Positions 38,392 through 48,287 are shown, numbered from the stretch's first letter. The stretch: 61,601 nt of DNA from Gemmatimonadaceae bacterium (GCA_044224875.1 JBGAJQ010000025.1:1-61601), one strand, 5' to 3'. A program made the numbers and translations. The notes: generated from the letters alone by a model not told the origin.

Positions 38392-38406
38392 TGGCACGCG
38401 GGATGC
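38392..38406 (+). promoter_or_regulatory. Putative sigma-54 promoter for the glycosyltransferase operon
   Basis: TGGCACGCGGGATGC, GG-N10-GC with canonical TGGCAC. Confidence 0.75.
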
Positions 38407-38487
38407 CTTTGGTTTCCTGTCCGCGCATGAACGCGCGGGCGCGCGACGACGAGCCGCGCCCACGGACGGACCCGGATGTGTCGCCGC

Positions 38488-41400
38488 ATGTCAACCACGA
38501 TCGATCCCGCCTCCACGCCGAAACGCGTCTTCGAGCGCGCCGTGCGTCACCACGTTGCCGGTCGACTGGACGAAGCCGCTCAGCTCTACCGCGAAGCGAT
38601 CGCGATGGCGCCCGACTTTGCCGAGGCCTGCAACAACCTGGGCGCGATCCTCGGCGAACGCGGTGAAACCGCCCGGGCACTTTCGCTCGCAGAACGGGCA
38701 ACGCGAATCAAGCCGGACTACGGTGAGGCCCACCACAATGTCGGCCTGTTGCTCACGCGACTCGGTCGCCACGGCGACGCCTTTCCCGCGTTCATCGCCG
38801 CCTGCCAGGCGGACCCGTCGCGCGCCGATTGGGCGAATAGTCTCGGCAACAACTGTGTGGAGCTGTCGCGTTTTGCGGAGGGACTCGTGGCCTTCGATCG
38901 CGCCGTCACACTGGCGCCGAACGAAGCGGAGTTCTGGAACAATCGATCGCTCGCACTACGCGGCTTGGGGCGCACCGTCGAGGCCTTGGCGTCGCTTGAA
39001 GAATCCCTCGCGCTCAATCCGCAGGGCACCAACGCGCTCTCCAACCTTGGTGTCATGTTGCGCGAGGAACGACGCCTCCCCGAGGCGATCGCGGTCTTCG
39101 AGCGTGCAACGGCCGCGGCCCCGCACCATGCGCCCACGCTCGCCAACTTTGCGTCGGTGTACGAGCTGATGGGCGACCACGCGCGCGTGCGTGAACTGGC
39201 CGAACGTGCTCGTGCCCTGGACCCGGGTTTTGCCGAGCCCCTCGTGTTGCTGGCGAACTGCGCGCTCGAGGAAGGGAAATACGACGAATCGCTGAGTCTC
39301 TTGCGCGAATGTCTGGCGATGGATCCGGATAACCGCAACGCCAACTGGAACCTGGCGATTCTCCAGCTGTTGCGGGGCGACTTTGGGCGTGGGTGGCGCC
39401 AGTTCGAGTCGCGGAAAGCGTTGCACGCGGCGGTGATCGACGGCTCGAGCTACAACGCACCGGAATGGGATGGGTCACAGCTCAACGGCGGGACGCTCCT
39501 GGTGCACACCGAGCAGGGCGCCGGGGACGCGATCCAGTTCATTCGACTCGTGCGACAGTTGCGCGACAAGGGCGCAGGAAAGGTCGTGCTCGAGTGCCCC
39601 TTCCCGATCGCTCCACTGTTGTCTGGCGTGGAGGGGGTGGACCAGGTGATCGCTCGCGGCGAACAGCGGCCACCCTATGACGCGCACGTGCTGCTCATGA
39701 GCCTTCCGTACTTGTTAGGCCTCCGACTGGACACGATCCCGGCTCGCGTACCGTACATTCCCGTGGAACGTCGCCCGGTCGCGTCCCTGGTAGATGCGCC
39801 TCCCTCGATCCTCAGGATCGGCGTGGTATGGGCCGGCAACCCGATGCACCATCGGGATCGACTGCGCTCAATCCCGCTGCAAGCCTTTGCGCCGCTGTTC
39901 GCCATACCGGGCACCGCGTGGTACGCACTGCAGAAGGGTGACGCGTCCCTGGCACATGCCGGCGCGATCCCTGGTGCCCGGGTGACCGATCTCGGCCCGC
40001 ACCTGAACGATTTCCGCGATACCGCGGCGGTGCTCGAGCGCTTGGATTTGGTGATCTCGGTGGATACCTCGGTGGCGCATCTTGCCGGGGCGCTTGGACG
40101 CCCGACATGGACGTTGCTCACGCACGTGCCGGACTTTCGCTGGATGCTCGATCGTCAAGACACGCCGTGGTATCCTACCATGCGGCTCTTCCGTCAGCCA
40201 GAACCGCACGCTTGGGCGCCCGTGCTCGCTGCGGTTGAGTCCGAACTCCGCGAGCTGGTCAAGACGCGCGCCACCAGCCATGCCGGCACGTCGCAACACC
40301 AGGACGTCCATGCTGACACTGAAGTCGGCGTCGACGTGCCGATCGCGCGACCGTCCGGCATCGCACCATCGGACGAACCGACCACCCTGCTGGAGAGCGC
40401 GACGCGCCTGGAAGATGGACGGCCGCGATTCGACCTGTGGGTGCCCATCGCCGCGCTGAACGAACCGACGGCCTTCGCGGCGTACGAAGCCGAGCTCGTG
40501 GGCGGTGGCTACGATCGCGCACTGCGCGACTTCTGGGACGATGCGTTAGGCGTGGTCGATACGTTCGTGGACCTTGCCCCTGGCTTGGGCCTCTCGCTTT
40601 TTTCCGCCCTCACGGCGTCAGCCCCGGCCGCGGCGATCGCCGTTGAGCCGGATGAACGGGCGGCCGAGCGATTGAGGCAGCTGGCGAGGGCGCGCGGGAT
40701 CGGTGAGCGGCTTCAGGTGGTCGCCGCCTTCAATCCGTCGACCGCGACGCGGCAATTGGGCGTCCGTTGCGCATCCGCCAGTAGACTGCGCGAGCTATTC
40801 ACCGAATGCGAGCGCGAAGGCGCACGCGATCGACTGTCGATCGTCACGGTGACCGGGGTTGCCCCCAATGAAATTCGCGAGGCACTCTGCGCGTGGGCAG
40901 CGCATGGATACACAGCCTTTCAGGTCACGCGGCCCGATGGCGAGGTGTCGCTGGACCCCGTCGTGGACTGGGAGGGCCAGCAGGACCTCGCGGTGCTTTC
41001 CGCCGATGCGCTCAATACCCTTACGCGGCGAGCGAGCCAGCGCCATGTCGCGCGTCCACACGATGCCAGCGGTGCGGTGGCGGCGGTTCATGGGTCGGGG
41101 GCATCGCCAGCGATCGGGATAGACTGGGAGTTGCGCCCCGATACCGGCTGGGGTGTGTACGGGACCAATCTCGCGGTCGAGTTGAGTCGGCGCGGCGATG
41201 TGGCGCCGTGGGTGTTTGCCGCCGACTTGAGTGACGCGGCGGCGTTCGATCGCTGGCAGCTGCAACGTTTGATCGTCAGCCACCTTCCGCCCTCCAGGCA
41301 GTTCGAAGGGCTCATGCTCCACGCCCTCGGGAACAACCTCGCGCACGGCCCGCTGTGGGATCGGCTACGGGGGCAGCGCAATGTGGGCGTGATCTTTTTC

Positions 41401-42243
41401 GAAGACACGTCCTTCGATGATGCGGCGCGCGATACCGCCCGAGCCCTGGACCTGATTGTCGCCGGCTCCAACTGGAATGGCGAAGTCCTGCGGGCGCTCG
41501 GCGTCTCCAATGTACAGGTGATTCAGCAAGGCGTGGACGCCACGATCTTTCACCCGGCGCCGGCATCGGGCCGCATGGCCGACCGGTTCGTCGTCTTCTC
41601 CGGCGGCAAACTCGAATACCGGAAGGGGCAGGATCTTGTGGTCGCCGCCTTCCGACGCTTCCGCGAGCGCCACCCCGAGTCCGTCCTCGTGACCGCCTGG
41701 CACAACCCGTGGCCACATCTCATCACCGATCTCGATCGCGCGGGCCACGTCAGCGGCGTTCCCGCGGCACGCGATGGGGTGATGGACGTGACGTCCTGGC
41801 TCGCCGCCAACGGGATCCCGCGCGACGCAGTCATCGACATCGGTCGGGTACCTAACGAGGCGATGGGGCGCGTGATTCGTGAAGCCAACGTCGCGGTATT
41901 CCCCAATCGCTGCGAAGGCGGGACCAACCTCGTCGCCATGGAATGCATGGCCGTCGGGATTCCCACCGTCGTCTCCAACAATACTGGGCACACGGACCTC
42001 GTCGCCACTGGCGGGTGCATCCCCTTGCAGCGGCAGGGCGCCGTGCGACCTCCCACGCGATTCTTCCGCGCCTGCGACGGCTGGGGCGAGTCGGAGGTCG
42101 ACGAGATCGTCCAGGCACTGGAGACGGCCTACACGGGGACCGTACACGCCGTCGCCCAACGAGGCGCCACCGCCATGCAGGGTTGGAGCTGGCGTGCGCA
42201 AACCAATCGCCTCGTGGACGTGCTCTCGCCACTCCTCCACTAG
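38488..42243 (+). CDS. Multidomain TPR + GT9-like + degenerate methyltransferase-like + GT4 glycosyltransferase (putative flagellin modification)
   Basis: Multiple TPRs; EQGAGDAIQF; DLVISVDTSVAHLAGALG; FVDLAPGLG...AVEPD; GGKLEYRKGQD...FPNRCEGGTNLVAMECMA. Confidence 0.85.
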   Translation: MSTTIDPASTPKRVFERAVRHHVAGRLDEAAQLYREAIAMAPDFAEACNNLGAILGERGETARALSLAERATRIKPDYGEAHHNVGLLLTRLGRHGDAFPAFIAACQADPSRADWANSLGNNCVELSRFAEGLVAFDRAVTLAPNEAEFWNNRSLALRGLGRTVEALASLEESLALNPQGTNALSNLGVMLREERRLPEAIAVFERATAAAPHHAPTLANFASVYELMGDHARVRELAERARALDPGFAEPLVLLANCALEEGKYDESLSLLRECLAMDPDNRNANWNLAILQLLRGDFGRGWRQFESRKALHAAVIDGSSYNAPEWDGSQLNGGTLLVHTEQGAGDAIQFIRLVRQLRDKGAGKVVLECPFPIAPLLSGVEGVDQVIARGEQRPPYDAHVLLMSLPYLLGLRLDTIPARVPYIPVERRPVASLVDAPPSILRIGVVWAGNPMHHRDRLRSIPLQAFAPLFAIPGTAWYALQKGDASLAHAGAIPGARVTDLGPHLNDFRDTAAVLERLDLVISVDTSVAHLAGALGRPTWTLLTHVPDFRWMLDRQDTPWYPTMRLFRQPEPHAWAPVLAAVESELRELVKTRATSHAGTSQHQDVHADTEVGVDVPIARPSGIAPSDEPTTLLESATRLEDGRPRFDLWVPIAALNEPTAFAAYEAELVGGGYDRALRDFWDDALGVVDTFVDLAPGLGLSLFSALTASAPAAAIAVEPDERAAERLRQLARARGIGERLQVVAAFNPSTATRQLGVRCASASRLRELFTECEREGARDRLSIVTVTGVAPNEIREALCAWAAHGYTAFQVTRPDGEVSLDPVVDWEGQQDLAVLSADALNTLTRRASQRHVARPHDASGAVAAVHGSGASPAIGIDWELRPDTGWGVYGTNLAVELSRRGDVAPWVFAADLSDAAAFDRWQLQRLIVSHLPPSRQFEGLMLHALGNNLAHGPLWDRLRGQRNVGVIFFEDTSFDDAARDTARALDLIVAGSNWNGEVLRALGVSNVQVIQQGVDATIFHPAPASGRMADRFVVFSGGKLEYRKGQDLVVAAFRRFRERHPESVLVTAWHNPWPHLITDLDRAGHVSGVPAARDGVMDVTSWLAANGIPRDAVIDIGRVPNEAMGRVIREANVAVFPNRCEGGTNLVAMECMAVGIPTVVSNNTGHTDLVATGGCIPLQRQGAVRPPTRFFRACDGWGESEVDEIVQALETAYTGTVHAVAQRGATAMQGWSWRAQTNRLVDVLSPLLH

Positions 42244-42285
42244 CATTTCTCACTTCCCTCAATCCTCAGTCCCTGGCCTCCACCC

Positions 42286-43113
42286 ATGCCTCGCAACGAC
42301 ATCGCCATCAACCTCTCCTCGCGCTCCGGACCGCGCACCGTCAACCTGTCGCTCGATCCGGCGCAGATGAGCCAGCAGTTCATGCTGAACGATTTCAATC
42401 GTGGCCAACTCTACGAGGCAGAGACCAGCAACTTCCTCGGCAACATCCTCGCGCCCGGTGACACCTTCATCGACATCGGGGCGCACGTCGGCTACTTCTC
42501 CATGCTGGCCTCTGCCTTGGTGGGCGATACCGGCCGGGTGTACGCGTTCGAACCCGAGCGCTCGAATTACGATCATCTGGTCGAGCACATGGGTCTCAAC
42601 AACGCCGGCAATGTGACCCCCGTCCATATGGCGGTTGGAGCTGTACCAGCAGTCGCCGACTTCTTCGTCAACGCCGACAACGACGGCGGCCACGCCTTGT
42701 GGGAAGTCGGACGCCATCCGTTCAACGAGCGCACGCGTCAGGCGCCGACGACGCGCAAGGTCCCCGTCACCTCGCTCGACTACTACTTCGCCAACACGGA
42801 CCTCAAGTCTCTCAAGGCGATCAAGATCGACGCCGAAGGAGCTGAATTCGCCATCCTCATTGGGTCGCGAAACCTGATCGCGCGGCACCCGGTGCCGTTC
42901 ATCGTGGCTGAGATCAACCGCTTCGGCCTCGAGTCCATGGGCGCCTCGGAGGGGCACTTACGCAACGCCATCGGCGAATTGGGCTATGAAACATACCTCT
43001 TCCAGCCCGGTCAGACCTGGCTGCAACGCCTCGGCCCGGATGAGACGCCGGACACAAACTATGTGTTCAATCTCCTCTTTCGGCACCCGATGGCGCCGGC
43101 GTTGGCCGCGTAA
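42286..43113 (+). CDS. FkbM-family methyltransferase
   Basis: FIDIGAHVGYFS, VYAFEP, IKIDAEGAE. Confidence 0.92.
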   Translation: MPRNDIAINLSSRSGPRTVNLSLDPAQMSQQFMLNDFNRGQLYEAETSNFLGNILAPGDTFIDIGAHVGYFSMLASALVGDTGRVYAFEPERSNYDHLVEHMGLNNAGNVTPVHMAVGAVPAVADFFVNADNDGGHALWEVGRHPFNERTRQAPTTRKVPVTSLDYYFANTDLKSLKAIKIDAEGAEFAILIGSRNLIARHPVPFIVAEINRFGLESMGASEGHLRNAIGELGYETYLFQPGQTWLQRLGPDETPDTNYVFNLLFRHPMAPALAA

Positions 43114-43134
43114 CGGCGAGTTTCTTAGTGACTC

Positions 43135-43162
43135 TCAAGTTTCTGCGCGGGGTGACCGATAC
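43135..43162 (+). promoter_or_regulatory. Sigma-28 promoter for fliC
   Basis: TCAAG-N15-ACCGATAC. Confidence 0.72.
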
Positions 43163-43200
43163 GGCTCTTTGGAGGGAACGGCATAGGGCCGACGCCCCAG

Positions 43201-43241
43201 AGGGGAACGGATTCCCCTACTCACTACCCAAGGAGTTGTAG
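43201..43241 (+). promoter_or_regulatory. Putative CsrA-binding sites in the fliC leader
   Basis: Hairpin AGGGGAA-CGGA-TTCCCCT plus AAGGA overlapping the Shine-Dalgarno. Confidence 0.7.
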
Positions 43242-43243
43242 CA

Positions 43244-44338
43244 ATGCGTATCAACACGAACGTCAGCGCGATTCAGGCTCACGGTAACCTGACGCGGGTC
43301 AACAACGAGCTGTCTCGGTCGATGGCGAAATTGTCGTCTGGTTTCCGGATCACCCGTGCCGCTGACGACGCCGCTGGTCTGGGTATCGCGAACGTGCTTC
43401 GTGCCGACATTCGCGCCCTGAACCAAGCGTCGCGTAACGCCGAGCAGGCTGGTGCCGTTCTGAACATCGCCGACGGTGCGTCAGGCACGGTGCAGAAGAT
43501 GCTCGAACGTATGAAGGAACTGGCGGCGCAGGCCGCGTCGGACAGCGTCGACTCAGCGGGTCGCGCGCGCATCACGTCCGAGTACCAGGCGCTCCGCGCG
43601 GAAATTGACCGTACGGTCGCCACGGTGAAGTTCCAGGGGAACGCGCTGCTCAACGGTTCGTTCGGCGCGACCGTGAACTCGTCGTCGACAGTCTTGGCTT
43701 CTGGTACGGGCGTCTATGCGGCCCGGCTCAGCGGCGCTGGCGCCGGCGCGTACACGTTCAGCTCCGGCTCGAGCGTCGTGACCCTCACCAACGGTTCGGT
43801 CTCGCAGACCCTCGGCGTGACCGCCGGTTCGAAGCAGACGCTGAACTTCACAGCGTTAGGTATCTCGGTCGACACCACGAACGCGGTCGGTGCCGCGACC
43901 GTGGCAGGTAACCTCACGGTGGGCGCCGGTTCCGGTACCTTCCTGGTCAGCTCCTCGGGCCAGTACTCCGGCAACGACTCGATCACGATCAACGGGTCGA
44001 ACCTCGACCTCCGCTCCACCGCGCTGACGGTCACCACGGACCCGGACACGCTGGCCAATGCGCAGTCGGCCTTGGCGCAGATCGACGTGGCCATCACGAC
44101 GGTCAACAGCGCGATCGGTACTATCGGTTCACTCCAGAGCCGCATCGACACCGCCACGGAAAACGTCCGCATCACGGCGCAGAACTTCAGCGCTGCGCAG
44201 TCGACGATCCGCGACCTCGATATGGCCGAGGAAATGACGACCTTCACGAAGAACCAGATCCTCGTGCAGGCCGGTACGGCAATGCTCGCGCAGGCGAATT
44301 CGAACGGCCAGAGCGTCCTGACGCTGCTCCGCGGCTAA
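43244..44338 (+). CDS. fliC: Flagellin
   Basis: MRINTNVSA, KLSSGFRITRAADDAAGL, STIRDLDMAEEM, AMLAQAN. Confidence 0.98.
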   Translation: MRINTNVSAIQAHGNLTRVNNELSRSMAKLSSGFRITRAADDAAGLGIANVLRADIRALNQASRNAEQAGAVLNIADGASGTVQKMLERMKELAAQAASDSVDSAGRARITSEYQALRAEIDRTVATVKFQGNALLNGSFGATVNSSSTVLASGTGVYAARLSGAGAGAYTFSSGSSVVTLTNGSVSQTLGVTAGSKQTLNFTALGISVDTTNAVGAATVAGNLTVGAGSGTFLVSSSGQYSGNDSITINGSNLDLRSTALTVTTDPDTLANAQSALAQIDVAITTVNSAIGTIGSLQSRIDTATENVRITAQNFSAAQSTIRDLDMAEEMTTFTKNQILVQAGTAMLAQANSNGQSVLTLLRG

Positions 44339-44360
44339 GCAAACCTCTGACGCGAATGAC

Positions 44361-44390
44361 CCCGGGGCCGGCGATCTCGCCGGTCCCGGG
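44361..44390 (+). terminator. GC-rich hairpin after fliC (terminator or mRNA stabiliser)
   Basis: CCCGGGGCCGGCG / CGCCGGTCCCGGG stem, weak U tail. Confidence 0.5.
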
Positions 44391-44417
44391 ACTTCGCACA
44401 AGAACGCAGGTGGCTAG

Positions 44418-47081
44418 ATGACTTCTCCAATCGGCAGTTTCAGCGGGCTCTCCAGCGGCATCCAGTGGCGTGACATGATCGACCAGATCATGCAACTGGA
44501 GCAACAACGCCGTCTCGATCCCCTCACGACCGCCAAGACGACCGAGCAAAAACGCTACGACGCCTGGACCACGTGGCAAACGCTCGTCTCGAAGTTTCGT
44601 GACGCCACCAAGGCGCTACGGGATGCCACCGCGTTCTCACAATTTCAGGTCACCGGCGGGACCAGTGACTCCAGCGGACGCACGCTGCTCACCGCCACCG
44701 CCAACGCCAGTGCCTCACCAGGCACCTTTGGCGTCGAAGTGCTTGATCTCGCCAGGGCCAACAAGCTGAGTGGTAGCGTGCAGGCGAGTGCCAGCACCGC
44801 CCTCGGCATCACCGGCGAGTTCACGGTCAACGGAAAAAAGGTCACCGTCGCGGTCACCGACACCCTCGCCAACGTTCGCGACAAGATCAACGCGCTCAAT
44901 AGTGGAACGACACCCAGCGGCGTGACGGCCAGTGTGTTGTCGACCGGCACCTCGCAACATCGGTTGGTGCTCACGGCCACCAGCACGGGGTCATCCGGCA
45001 TCGAGCTCGTTGACGACCCGACCGGCACCCTGCAGACCCTTGGGCTGGTCGACAGCACCCGAACGTTGAACCTGGACGCCACTGGCGGCGCCCAGTCCTA
45101 CAAGGTGTCATCCTCAACGGCGGCCATCGCCGCCATGCTGGGCGTCACCATGCCGCCGCCCTCCACGATCACCGTCGGCGGGCGTACCATAACGGTTGAC
45201 CTGACGGTCGACTCGCTTGCCACCATTACCGCGAAGATCATGGCGGCTGGCGGGAACGCCAGCGTCGGTTCCGAAACCGTGGAAGGCGTGACGAAGTACC
45301 GTCTCCAGACCAACGATACCGTCACCGCCTCCACCAGCGATGGCCAGCGCGTCCTCGACATCCTCGGCTTCATGAAGGCAGGCCGCAGCGGCATCGCGCA
45401 GGTGCTGCAGAGCGACAACACCTTCACGGACGCCGGCAATGCCACCGCAACCACGGCCACACGCCTCACCGACCTGAGCGTGAACGGAAATCCGCTCGGC
45501 ATCGCCGTTGGGGACACATTCACTGTGCAGGGAGCGCGCGGCGACTGTTCCGTCGTCAACCTCTCATTCACCGTGGGTGCCACGGATACCTTGCAGACGC
45601 TGGTGACCAAGCTGAACGCCAACTCCGGATACGGAGGCGGCAGCCGAAGCGCCACCGCCAGCATCGTCAATGGACAGCTGGTTGTCACTGACGGGACCGC
45701 GGGCGACTCGCAGCTGTCGCTCTCGATGTCCGTCGCACAGGCCAGTGGTGGCACGGTGGCCCTCGGCCGAGTGAATGCCAGCACGGTGGGTCGCCTGCGG
45801 GAAGTCGTCACCGGGACCGATGCGCGTCTGTCGGTCGACGGCGTCGTCATGCGGCGAGCCACCAACACGGTCTCCGACGCTATCGCAGGGGTGACGTTGA
45901 ACCTGCAGCAGAGCGAGGTCGGCACGGTGAGTTCCCTCACGATCGCCCGCGACCAGGACGCGATCGTGAAGTCCATGACGGACCTCACCACGGCCTACAA
46001 CGACATGTTGAAGTTCCGCACCGAGCAGTCCAAGACGGATGCGCCGCTCTTCAACAACTCGACGCTGCGGGCGAACATGTCGACGTTCACCAGCTCCATC
46101 CTCTCGACCGTGGTGGGCTCACCCAGTCCGTTTACGTCAGCGGCCTTTGGTGGGCTTTCCCTGCAGAAGGACGGAACCCTCACCCTGGACTCCGACAAAT
46201 TCAAGCAAGCGCTCGCCACCAACCCGTCAGGTCTCACGTCGCTCTTCGCCACCACAGGGACGGCCACGAACGGCGCGGTGTCGTACTTCCTGTCCACCGA
46301 CAAGAGTGTTCCCGGGACCTACGCCATCGACATCACCGCCGCCGCCACGACTCCCGTCGTCACCGGTGCTGGATTCAGCGGCACCTATGCCGATGACGCG
46401 GCGGCCGACACCATGGCGGTGACCGACTCTGGAACAGGGGCGACGGCCACCGTACAGCTCGCGAATGGCGATACCATCGACACGATCATTTCCAAGCTGA
46501 ACGCTGAATTCGCGGCCAACAAAATGAACATCACCGCGTCGAAGAATGGCAACGACCTGGTGATGACGAGTGGGCAATATGGCACGGCGGCGAAGATCAC
46601 CACGGCGTTCACCGCCGGCGGGACGGATGGGTCGGCCCAGCTGGGTATTGCCGCGGGCGCCGTGAGCGGAACCGATGTCGCCGGTACCATCGGAGGTTTG
46701 GTGGCGACCGGCAGCGGCCAGATCCTCACCGGCGTTGCGGGCGGAGCCACCGAAGGCCTGAGCATCCGCTACAACGGGACGGCGACCGGGAATCAGGGCG
46801 ATGTCACGTTTGTGTTAGGCGTCAGCGGGATGCTCTTCAACGCGGCCGATGTCATCTCACGGGCCGGCGGTACCGTGGCGACCCAGCAGGACGCACTCAC
46901 CAGCCGCATCAACAGTCTGCAGTCTCGTGCCGATACTGTGACGCAGGCGCTTGAGCGTCGTCGCGAATCTCTCACCGCACAGTTTGTCGAGATGGAGCGC
47001 GCGCTCAGCATCATTCAGCAGCAGGCTACCGCACTTTCCGGTTTCATTTCGCAGCTCAGCTCGAACTCGAACTCGAACTGA
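44418..47081 (+). CDS. fliD: Filament cap FliD (large, 887 aa)
   Basis: SGLSSGIQW..IDQIM, DARLSVDGV..RATNTVSDAIAGVTLNL, LTAQFVEME. Confidence 0.93.
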   Translation: MTSPIGSFSGLSSGIQWRDMIDQIMQLEQQRRLDPLTTAKTTEQKRYDAWTTWQTLVSKFRDATKALRDATAFSQFQVTGGTSDSSGRTLLTATANASASPGTFGVEVLDLARANKLSGSVQASASTALGITGEFTVNGKKVTVAVTDTLANVRDKINALNSGTTPSGVTASVLSTGTSQHRLVLTATSTGSSGIELVDDPTGTLQTLGLVDSTRTLNLDATGGAQSYKVSSSTAAIAAMLGVTMPPPSTITVGGRTITVDLTVDSLATITAKIMAAGGNASVGSETVEGVTKYRLQTNDTVTASTSDGQRVLDILGFMKAGRSGIAQVLQSDNTFTDAGNATATTATRLTDLSVNGNPLGIAVGDTFTVQGARGDCSVVNLSFTVGATDTLQTLVTKLNANSGYGGGSRSATASIVNGQLVVTDGTAGDSQLSLSMSVAQASGGTVALGRVNASTVGRLREVVTGTDARLSVDGVVMRRATNTVSDAIAGVTLNLQQSEVGTVSSLTIARDQDAIVKSMTDLTTAYNDMLKFRTEQSKTDAPLFNNSTLRANMSTFTSSILSTVVGSPSPFTSAAFGGLSLQKDGTLTLDSDKFKQALATNPSGLTSLFATTGTATNGAVSYFLSTDKSVPGTYAIDITAAATTPVVTGAGFSGTYADDAAADTMAVTDSGTGATATVQLANGDTIDTIISKLNAEFAANKMNITASKNGNDLVMTSGQYGTAAKITTAFTAGGTDGSAQLGIAAGAVSGTDVAGTIGGLVATGSGQILTGVAGGATEGLSIRYNGTATGNQGDVTFVLGVSGMLFNAADVISRAGGTVATQQDALTSRINSLQSRADTVTQALERRRESLTAQFVEMERALSIIQQQATALSGFISQLSSNSNSN

Positions 47082-47118
47082 CGACGTGAGCCGGGCCTCC
47101 ACCTTGTGAGGAAGGTTC

Positions 47119-47532
47119 ATGTCATACAGTGCCGCAGGAAAGCAGGCGACGCGCTATCGCGAGATGCAGGTGATGGCCGCGTCGCCCGGCGAGCTGATCG
47201 TCATGGTCTACGACCACTTGCTTTCCCAGCTCCATCGCGCGCAAGCCCTTCCCGGCGCTGCCAATCTTCCGGCGCGCTCCGATGCCCTCGAGAAGTCTCG
47301 AGCCGCGCTCTGTGAGTTGCTGGTCACGCTGGACCAGGAGAAGGGTGGGCCGCTCGGCACGCAACTCGCCGCCATCTACTCCTTCTTGCTGGGTGAGCTG
47401 ACGACACTGGGGCTTCGTCCCGATGCCAAACGGTATGAACGGGTGATTCGCATCGTGCGAGAGTTGCGCGACGCCTTCGCCCAGGCCGCATCGCAGGTCG
47501 CTCCGGCGCTGGCGACGGCTCAACAGGCCTGA
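47119..47532 (+). CDS. fliS: Flagellin chaperone FliS
   Basis: ASPGELIVMVYD, ELLVTLDQEKGG, ELRDAF. Confidence 0.92.
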   Translation: MSYSAAGKQATRYREMQVMAASPGELIVMVYDHLLSQLHRAQALPGAANLPARSDALEKSRAALCELLVTLDQEKGGPLGTQLAAIYSFLLGELTTLGLRPDAKRYERVIRIVRELRDAFAQAASQVAPALATAQQA

Positions 47533-47534
47533 TC

Positions 47535-47900
47535 ATGAAGGCGGCCGCCCCCACCCTCGACGACTTGCTCCAGCGCTATCTCGCCCTCACCGAGATCGCG
47601 CTGCGTGCCGTGCAAGCCGGCGACGGTACCGCGCTCGCCGGTGCGCTCGACGCCCGAGCTCTGGCCACCCGTGCCTTGGGTGAATTCACGCGATCGGGCG
47701 CGGCCCGTCAGCCGTTGCCCGCAGCAACGCGACGCTTGGTGGACGAGGCGACACAGCGCAATGGCGAACTGGAAGCGCGCGTCCTCACGGCGCGTGACGA
47801 CATTCGCCGTCAGCTAGAACGTATCGCGCATGACGAGTCCGCCGTCGCGGCCTATGCCGGCTCGGCTCCGCGCACCGCCCGGGTCGACGTCCGGCGTTGA
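47535..47900 (+). CDS. FliT-like helical protein
   Basis: Position after fliS; helical; C-terminal AY...VDVRR. Confidence 0.55.
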   Translation: MKAAAPTLDDLLQRYLALTEIALRAVQAGDGTALAGALDARALATRALGEFTRSGAARQPLPAATRRLVDEATQRNGELEARVLTARDDIRRQLERIAHDESAVAAYAGSAPRTARVDVRR

Positions 47901-47909
47901 GCGAATGCC

Positions 47910-48227
47910 ATGGCGTCCTCCCCAACCTCCCTGCCTCCCCGCCGGCGTGACGCGGCCCTGATTGCGGCCGTCCTCGACACGCTCGGCGAGCAGCTGCATC
48001 AGGTGGAAGGCGAGGACCAGGCCGAGGCTCCGCGATCACCCGACGTACGGCAGCTCATCGCCGCCGCCGTGAGCGAAATCCAGCGCGTCGCCACTCCCTA
48101 TGAGCTGCGGGGCGGCGTGGCCCCCGTCCTTGGCAATGGGGTGTTGCAAGGCCTGATACGCCAACGACATGACCTCGCCAAGGTGGTCGCCGTGCCGCCG
48201 CATGACGCACTCGACGAGCGCAGGTAA
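47910..48227 (+). CDS. Hypothetical protein
   Basis: 105-aa ORF filling the gap before the flgM promoter. Confidence 0.5.
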   Translation: MASSPTSLPPRRRDAALIAAVLDTLGEQLHQVEGEDQAEAPRSPDVRQLIAAAVSEIQRVATPYELRGGVAPVLGNGVLQGLIRQRHDLAKVVAVPPHDALDERR

Positions 48228-48238
48228 CATCTGACGCC

Positions 48239-48266
48239 TAAAGAACCAGTGGGCTGCTGCCGATAA
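48239..48266 (+). promoter_or_regulatory. Sigma-28 promoter for flgM-che operon
   Basis: TAAAG-N15-GCCGATAA (consensus match). Confidence 0.85.
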
Positions 48267-48287
48267 CCATAGGTAAGGAGGCACCAC

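Noticed and set aside
1160..40640. GCGATCGC (HIP1-like) occurrences
   Set aside because: Readily explained by common GCG-ATC-GCN codons in high-GC genes; not counted rigorously
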